Shown here: piece by piece, positions 58,551 through 64,000 of the stretch | Layout of the letters: every line of letters starts with the position of its first letter | How positions within the stretch are numbered: the stretch's first letter is position 1 | Assembly (NCBI GenBank): GCA_965203905.1 | Contig: CBDBDQ010000005.1 | Location: 1,728,001 to 1,792,000, forward strand | Reading direction: 5' to 3' | DNA: 64,000 nucleotides | Origin: Spirochaetia bacterium | Lineage (GTDB): Bacteria > Spirochaetota > Spirochaetia > SZUA-6 > Bin103 | Position numbers and translations under genes: made by a program | The notes under the pieces: generated by a model | What the model was told of the DNA's origin: nothing | The model's input: only the letters and a program-made list of their open reading frames with translations | Databases searched by the model: none

Positions 58551-58889
58551 GGCAGCCACCGGACGGGGCGATACGCGATCACGGCCGGTAGGACCACTAC
58601 TCCTTCCTTGAATCAATGAGGCGTAACGCAGTTTCGATTGCCGTCAAGCCGTGCCGCCGGGCGGTGGGTCGTCCGTGCCGCTGCTGGCGCGTGTGATAGT
58701 CCGCCGCCTGGGCCCGGTGCCCAGCATGGCAGCCTTCGTGGCGATCCGCAATCTGCTGATACTGCCGATCATGGTGGCACCGCTGTTCGCCAACGCCGGA
58801 CGCTCCGACATCGGGTCTCGCTGATCATCGCCAGTGTGAACGGTTTCAACCTCGCGCGTGGGATCTCGATCACCGGCAACAGGCCTCGA

Positions 58890-59234
58890 CTACGCGTTGG
58901 CCACCGTAGCCTCTCGCAACCCAAGGAATCGCACGACCGCGTGGCTCAATCGCTCCATGTCCCGGGCACTCAAGTGACCGATGCGCTGCCCGAGTCGACT
59001 CTTCGGAACAGTCGTAATCTTGTCTGCCATGAGACGTGAGACCGACCTGAGCCCGTTGCTCTCACTCGGTGCTACCGGCAGCCGTATCAAGGGAGCCTCG
59101 GTCTGGTCCGTGGTGAACACACAGATCGTTATCGACGCGGTGGCGTCGAAGCGATTATCCTGCACGATTACAGCCGGTCGTGGTTTTCCGGCGTAGCCGG
59201 CTCCGGACACGGTCCACACCTCTCCGCGTCTCAT
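58890..59234 (-). CDS. mazF: MazF/PemK family endoribonuclease toxin
   Basis: 'MRRGEVW', 'GKPRPAVIVQ', 'NGL...S..M.DKITTV', 'IGHL', 'FLGL'. Confidence 0.92.
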   Translation of the reverse strand: MRRGEVWTVSGAGYAGKPRPAVIVQDNRFDATASITICVFTTDQTEAPLIRLPVAPSESNGLRSVSRLMADKITTVPKSRLGQRIGHLSARDMERLSHAVVRFLGLREATVANA

Positions 59235-60196
59235 TCGTCATTCGAATCCGTTATTGCATTGATGAAGGCTTGGTCCTCGCGCTCTCGGACGCTCTCGCCG
59301 ACCGCTTTGGAGTCTCGATGAGCGGCGCGACGATAGCCACACGAGGATGTGTCTTGCGTCAACTTGACAGCAGCATCGAAGTCACCTGCGGTATGCCATT
59401 CGATTCCATCCAGATTGACGGGACAACCAGCAGTCTCTAAGCGCTGAGCAAGCTGCTGCCGCTGTTGAGAAGTATTGTCGAGACGTAGGATATGACGCGC
59501 ACCAATGTCACTAAACGGCCGAACAGCTCCTAATTCCACAAGAATCGTCCTGTTGGAGTCTCTACCCATCGCCATGCCTGCTTCGAACAAGACGTTCGGG
59601 CGTGCCTGCCCGGTCGGTTCGACCTCGTATTTGGGATCGTTCTCGCTTCTGAACTGTTGCTTAAGGCACGCTTCATCGTCCGGCGTCAGTAACACGATCA
59701 CGGCATGAGCGCGTGCAAATGCAGCATTCAGAATCTCGCCAACATAGGGCGTTGGCTGTCCTGCAGCTTGCACCGCTTCGGACCACTCCAGAGGATCAAG
59801 CCCAACTGAATGCAAGAATGTGAATAGTGCTACTCGTGCTTTCTCGTTACGCCCATGGACTACAAACACGTGGCGTGAATCGGGCGGGGGAAACGAGCCC
59901 TTGGAGCCCCCGTGATCGGGGCCTTTCACTACTCCGGGAGGACCGGTTATCAGTTCATCGGTGACGTCCCGGCACACACTTTGGTCTTGCCATGATTCGT
60001 CTGTTTCTTCTATCGTTATACGTTCAATTTCTTCCAAACGTGTGGTCCTTCCGCGTAGAGTAATGGGCCTTCCTTCCTGGTACGGAACAAGCACACGGTG
60101 TCGGATCATTTCGAAAGATAAATCATCGACCCATTGCCAGTAGTTAGGATTCTCGACTGTGTAAATCTTTACGTGGTAGTACGCCATCTGTCCCAT
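59231..60196 (-). CDS. TIR-like nucleotide-binding protein (CAP12/Pycsar-type TIR) fused to a MazE/DUF3018-like antitoxin C-terminus
   Basis: 'VFVVHGRN', 'LLTPDD', 'ARPNVLFEAG', 'PFSDI'. Tail 'AHRDSKAVGES..EREDQAFINAITD..DE' with an ATGA overlap onto mazF. Confidence 0.82.
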   Translation of the reverse strand: MGQMAYYHVKIYTVENPNYWQWVDDLSFEMIRHRVLVPYQEGRPITLRGRTTRLEEIERITIEETDESWQDQSVCRDVTDELITGPPGVVKGPDHGGSKGSFPPPDSRHVFVVHGRNEKARVALFTFLHSVGLDPLEWSEAVQAAGQPTPYVGEILNAAFARAHAVIVLLTPDDEACLKQQFRSENDPKYEVEPTGQARPNVLFEAGMAMGRDSNRTILVELGAVRPFSDIGARHILRLDNTSQQRQQLAQRLETAGCPVNLDGIEWHTAGDFDAAVKLTQDTSSCGYRRAAHRDSKAVGESVREREDQAFINAITDSNDE

Positions 60197-60268
60197 CCCT
60201 TTGGCTGAAACCGTGAGGCGTCGGCATAACGCTGGGCAAGCGCGCCAAGGTGGCGCACGGCCTACACA

Positions 60269-61525
60269 TCAGGTCGTCGAGTCTTCCGGGGCCTCGACTT
60301 CAAGGTCGTGATCCTCGCGGTAGGTTGGGTGGTACTCCTCGGTCTCCACGTCGGGGTCGGAGTCCGGGCGCAACCGCTGCAGATCCCACGTGGTGATAGC
60401 CGCGCGTACTTTGTACCGCATGCGCTTCTGGTGGCTGGCACCACCTACTGCAGCGGTGGCCGCTGGTGCGGCCCAGTCGTATGCGCGGCCGTAGATGCGT
60501 CTGATGTGCTCGACCGCGGCTTCCACAACGTCGTCGGTCACCTCGCTCAGCCTCGTGCGGCGTGAGGCGAGCCACCGCATGCCGAGTTCCGCTTGCCGCG
60601 CCATCTGTGCTTCATCACGCTCACGCAACCGCGCAGGCACCTTGAGGCGGTCTCCCTTCTCCTCCAGGATCGCCTGGGCGAAGTCCTCCGTGATGGCCGC
60701 CACAACCACCAGCCCGGGATATGAGTCGTCGTCCGCCGCACCCATCCAACGGGCCAATTCCGCATACGATCGCGCGCGCTGCAGGAGGCTGTAGCTGCCG
60801 ATCAACTCCAACTCGTCGATGAGCACGACCCAGCCGCGATAGCCGGCCGTCTTGATCATCTCCAGTACGAAGCGTAGACGCTGCGGAGGCAGGTCGCGGA
60901 GCTTCGGAGCGCGGAACGTGTAGGCACCTTGTTGCCCAATCTGGCGCAGACCGCGTTTTACGTCGCCCACCGCCACCTTGTCGCCCGACCAGAACCACCT
61001 GATGGAGTTCAACACCTCCTGATCCGGCAGCCGTTCATGCACCATCAGCGTGGCAGGGAAGATGCGGTGCAGGCCACAGCCAGTACTGTCGGCCCACTGA
61101 AAGAAGCGTGCGTAGCCCGCGTCTTTCGGACCCAGCAGTCTGTTTCCGATTTCATCTACCATGGCGCCGACTCTCCCGTCGGGGAGGGTGCCGCTGTCGG
61201 CCGCCGCACGGAACATCTTGCCCAGGTCGTAGAACGGCGTCTCCTTGCTCACGGCGACGCGGCTGCAAACGAAGTTTCGGTCCAGCGCAAGGTCCTCGAA
61301 GTGCTCCAGAAGGTGTGATTTCCCGGTACCGAAATCGCCCGAGATCAGCAAGCCACCGGGATTATTGCCCGCGTCAAGACCGAGGCGAGCCTGAAACTGT
61401 TGTTCCGCCTGGGGTTGCGTGCTGCCGAGAATGCGCACCGCCTCGCGGTTCGGAACGCCGTTGCGCAAGGCCTCTATCGCACGCCGACAAGCAAGCTGAT
61501 CAGGCATGTTCCGGTCTGCTTCCAC
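60269..61525 (-). CDS. DUF2791/BrxD-like P-loop ATPase (intact motifs)
   Basis: 'RAIEALRNGVP', Walker A 'GDFGTGKSH', Walker B 'VLIDELE'. Start at GTG 61525 or ATG 61507. Confidence 0.85.
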   Translation of the reverse strand: MEADRNMPDQLACRRAIEALRNGVPNREAVRILGSTQPQAEQQFQARLGLDAGNNPGGLLISGDFGTGKSHLLEHFEDLALDRNFVCSRVAVSKETPFYDLGKMFRAAADSGTLPDGRVGAMVDEIGNRLLGPKDAGYARFFQWADSTGCGLHRIFPATLMVHERLPDQEVLNSIRWFWSGDKVAVGDVKRGLRQIGQQGAYTFRAPKLRDLPPQRLRFVLEMIKTAGYRGWVVLIDELELIGSYSLLQRARSYAELARWMGAADDDSYPGLVVVAAITEDFAQAILEEKGDRLKVPARLRERDEAQMARQAELGMRWLASRRTRLSEVTDDVVEAAVEHIRRIYGRAYDWAAPAATAAVGGASHQKRMRYKVRAAITTWDLQRLRPDSDPDVETEEYHPTYREDHDLEVEAPEDSTT

Positions 61526-61532
61526 GCCGGCG

Positions 61533-62483
61533 TCAACCCGTCATGCGGCACAGCGCCGCCGCCGGATTCTCCATTCTCTTGTCGCGTACGTCATCGATTA
61601 TCCTGGTCTGCAAAGCCGGATAGATGCCCACGCCGCGCGACTGTCGATCCGCTTCCTGATCAAGAAACTCGACTTCGCAGCAGGACACTATCATGCTTGC
61701 CGAAAGCAGGTCGGCACTGTCGATGAATTCGCGCAGTATCTCATAGAAGTCCATGGTCATGGCCCTTGTGTAGTAGCGCGAGCCGTCGGACTGTCTCTTC
61801 CGCGCGGTGACCCGGGCGCTGTCGAGAATCACTACCGTCCCGGGGAATCCGACCTTGGCAAACCAGTAGAACGCGGAGCGCAGCAGATGCCGTGCCGTGT
61901 TGCGGTTGATCGGGTTGTAGATCGAGAATGGCTTGACGTTCGAAATGCGCGTGTTGGCACCCGTGAGCCAGTCGATGATCGGCTGCCCAGGATAAGGCTG
62001 TTCCGCGGAACGCTCGAACAGGCACAGGTGCGACATGGCGACACGGAAATCCTTGGCCATGTTCACGTCGTAGAAGACCTGTCGCTGCAGGCGCGGATTC
62101 AAGGCGGCAAGGAGGAACTCCTTGGCTACGTTGTTGCGTTCGGCCACGGCGTGCAGCGCATCCTCGTCGGCCGCCCCCACGCCCTCCGTCAGGTAGCCTT
62201 CATCAGCAACCAGCTTGAGCAGGAAAGAACGCGCGGCCAGACGCCAGTCCACCTGCGCGGCGAGAGCGAAGAACAGATCCTGCGGCATGTGGAAACGATG
62301 CGTGGCGGCATCCGCGGTCAGCACGAGATAGTCATGACTCTCTGCCAGCGTGGTGAGAGCGGATCGCAACTCGGACCGCTGTCGGTCGTCTCCCACGACA
62401 AATTTGACTGCCGTCCCGCCACGTTTGACGAACGTAGCGAGATAATCCCGTTCGATCTGCTCCAGCCACTCCGCGAGGTGCAT
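61533..62483 (-). CDS. DUF2791/BrxD-like protein with degenerate Walker motifs
   Basis: 'GGTAVKFVVG' lacks the following GxGKT. Walker B reads 'VILDSA'. Conserved 'LREFID' and 'G.YPALQTRI'. Confidence 0.78.
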   Translation of the reverse strand: MHLAEWLEQIERDYLATFVKRGGTAVKFVVGDDRQRSELRSALTTLAESHDYLVLTADAATHRFHMPQDLFFALAAQVDWRLAARSFLLKLVADEGYLTEGVGAADEDALHAVAERNNVAKEFLLAALNPRLQRQVFYDVNMAKDFRVAMSHLCLFERSAEQPYPGQPIIDWLTGANTRISNVKPFSIYNPINRNTARHLLRSAFYWFAKVGFPGTVVILDSARVTARKRQSDGSRYYTRAMTMDFYEILREFIDSADLLSASMIVSCCEVEFLDQEADRQSRGVGIYPALQTRIIDDVRDKRMENPAAALCRMTG

Positions 62484-62487
62484 CGGT

Positions 62488-63276
62488 CTACTCGGTGAAT
62501 TGAACCCCGTAGTAGCGGATCAGGTTGCCATTGCGATCCACAAACGAGAAGATTCCGGTACTCCCTCTCACGGAACCGGTAAAGCTGACCCGTGCTCCTG
62601 ACTTCGTGGTCGTCACCGGCGAAGAATCCAGAAGGTAGATATCACGCGCGAAATCGGTCTTCGTATACTGCGCGCTGGTCCCCGGCAGCGAGGTGAACAC
62701 GGCGTAGATCTCGGCCAGCGGAACCACCCGAGTGACGTCCGACAGGGGATCGGAAGTCTTGCCTTCGATGACTCTGAATGCCTTGTAGAGCGCGTTCAGG
62801 AAGCGCTGTTGTTGGGCGGCGCTCTTCGGCCGCATCCGCTGCTGAATGGCACGCAGATCAGCCGCGAGCTTCGAGGGACGAACGGCCACACGCTTCTTGC
62901 CGTCGATTTTCAGCGCGCGATCTGCAGGGAACAGTCGAATAATCGACGGCGAACATACGAGTGCATCGTCGCGGCTGCTGACATTAAGCCCGACTGCCGC
63001 TGCCTCACCACGCAATTCGTCTGCATACCGCTCGCTCAGGTAGGCCGTCTCGTCGGACTCTGCGAATGGCCAACTCCCCTTGGCATCGGTCACCTTTTCG
63101 CCCGTTGTTCCCAGTGTGGCGACGAGCTGCTCACCCTCACGCCGAATCTTGCCGATGTCTCCCTCCTGAGCTGCTCTCCGCAACTTTCGTGCGGTCGCGG
63201 CCAACACCTTGGCGGCGGCCTCCGCTGCTTCGGCAGCCGCTTCGACCGCGGCGAAGGCCTGTTCGAAGGTCGGCAT
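62488..63276 (-). CDS. Hypothetical protein (helical N-terminus, possible winged-helix C-terminus)
   Basis: 262-aa ORF tightly packed between the cytochrome stop (1-nt gap) and the DUF2791 start (4-nt gap). 'VPLAEIY..FT..PG...YTK.DFARDIYLL'. Confidence 0.78.
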   Translation of the reverse strand: MPTFEQAFAAVEAAAEAAEAAAKVLAATARKLRRAAQEGDIGKIRREGEQLVATLGTTGEKVTDAKGSWPFAESDETAYLSERYADELRGEAAAVGLNVSSRDDALVCSPSIIRLFPADRALKIDGKKRVAVRPSKLAADLRAIQQRMRPKSAAQQQRFLNALYKAFRVIEGKTSDPLSDVTRVVPLAEIYAVFTSLPGTSAQYTKTDFARDIYLLDSSPVTTTKSGARVSFTGSVRGSTGIFSFVDRNGNLIRYYGVQFTE

Positions 63277-63277
63277 A

Positions 63278-64000
63278 TCAGGGTGACCCCAGGGTGAGCA
63301 GGTAGTCGCGCAGGACCTCCAACTGGTGGCCGGTGTCGCCGCCCAGCACGTCGGGGGCGCCGAGCGGGTAGAACGCCGGCATGCGGGTGCCGGGCATCAG
63401 CGACTGCGGGTCGGCCAGCCAGTCGATGATCCAGTCGGGGCGCAGCCGCTGTGCGGCCAGCGCGAAGTCGGGCGCCCAGCGGTCCGGGGTGCCCGGCGGG
63501 AACTGGTCGCCCTGGATGTGACAGGTGGTGCAGTTGAAGTAGTCGGGCGAGAACATGGTCAGCGCCGCGGTCAGCTCCTCCGGCGCCAGGTCCGGCTGCA
63601 CCTGCTCCGCGAACGGATAGGCGGCGGCGTCGAGCGCGGTGAAGTAAGCGGTCAGCGCGTTGCGGTGCTCGGCGCTCATCCCGTAGCTGGGCATGCGCAT
63701 GCGCAGCCAGGGCCGGATCGTGGACGGCTCGTGGAAGAACGCGAACAGCCAGTCGGTCTGAACCTTGCGCCCCTCGCCCAGCAGGTTGGGCGGCGAGAAG
63801 CTGGCCGCCAGGGTGTCGGCGTCGGCACTGGAGCGCCCCTCGAACCGTTCCAGCCAGCTCGCCACCTGTTCCACTACCGCGCCGCCCTCGCCCTCGATGA
63901 CGTGGCAGCCCTGGCAGTTCATCTGCCGCACCAGGCGCTGCCCGGTCTCGAGACGCAGGTTGCGCGGCGTGCGCGGCACGATCCTGGTGACCTGCGGATC
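63278..64000 (-). CDS. Multiheme c-type cytochrome, C-terminal part (runs off the window end)
   Basis: Two CxxCH motifs ('CQGCH', 'CTTCH'), each followed by a 'P.L/PDF...W...P...RMP' class I cytochrome pattern. Confidence 0.85.
   Translation of the reverse strand, partial: DPQVTRIVPRTPRNLRLETGQRLVRQMNCQGCHVIEGEGGAVVEQVASWLERFEGRSSADADTLAASFSPPNLLGEGRKVQTDWLFAFFHEPSTIRPWLRMRMPSYGMSAEHRNALTAYFTALDAAAYPFAEQVQPDLAPEELTAALTMFSPDYFNCTTCHIQGDQFPPGTPDRWAPDFALAAQRLRPDWIIDWLADPQSLMPGTRMPAFYPLGAPDVLGGDTGHQLEVLRDYLLTLGSP

Noticed and set aside
1-64000. tRNA, rRNA, riboswitch or integrase/att sites
   Set aside because: None was recognisable by eye in the intergenic regions; an Infernal/Rfam and tRNAscan run would be needed to exclude them.

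Overview
A gene-dense, very GC-rich bacterial region with about 55 coding units. I saw no rRNA, tRNA or CRISPR array. Housekeeping and metabolic blocks: GH29 fucosidase; a catabolic operon with a fused E1 2-oxoacid dehydrogenase, an SDR, a VOC protein and a LarA-like protein; a MacB/FtsX-type ABC system; purE-purK; Lhr helicase; menG-menF-menD; glgP next to a giant GH13-amylase/GT5-glycogen-synthase fusion; and csoR-copA with a divergent cytochrome c. These alternate with accessory patches rich in toxin-antitoxin, defence-like and decayed genes (3.3-9.3 kb, 26.4-27.9 kb, 55-63.3 kb). The best candidate for an undescribed system is the co-oriented minus-strand locus at 58.9-63.3 kb. It contains a hypothetical gene, a Walker-degenerate DUF2791/BrxD-like ATPase, an intact DUF2791 ATPase, a TIR (CAP12/Pycsar-type) protein whose C-terminus resembles the tail of a DUF3018/MazE-like antitoxin, and a translationally coupled MazF toxin. 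Other items of note: an ABC-ATPase plus putative PD-(D/E)XK nuclease pair; a circularly permuted ATP-grasp/transglutaminase/alpha-E operon with a poly-Gln tail; an Rpn gene with a clear internal start (gene within a gene); a membrane-anchored, catalytically dead DEDDh exonuclease; and a 14-blade tandem-repeat beta-propeller. All family assignments come from motif recognition by eye, not from database searches.
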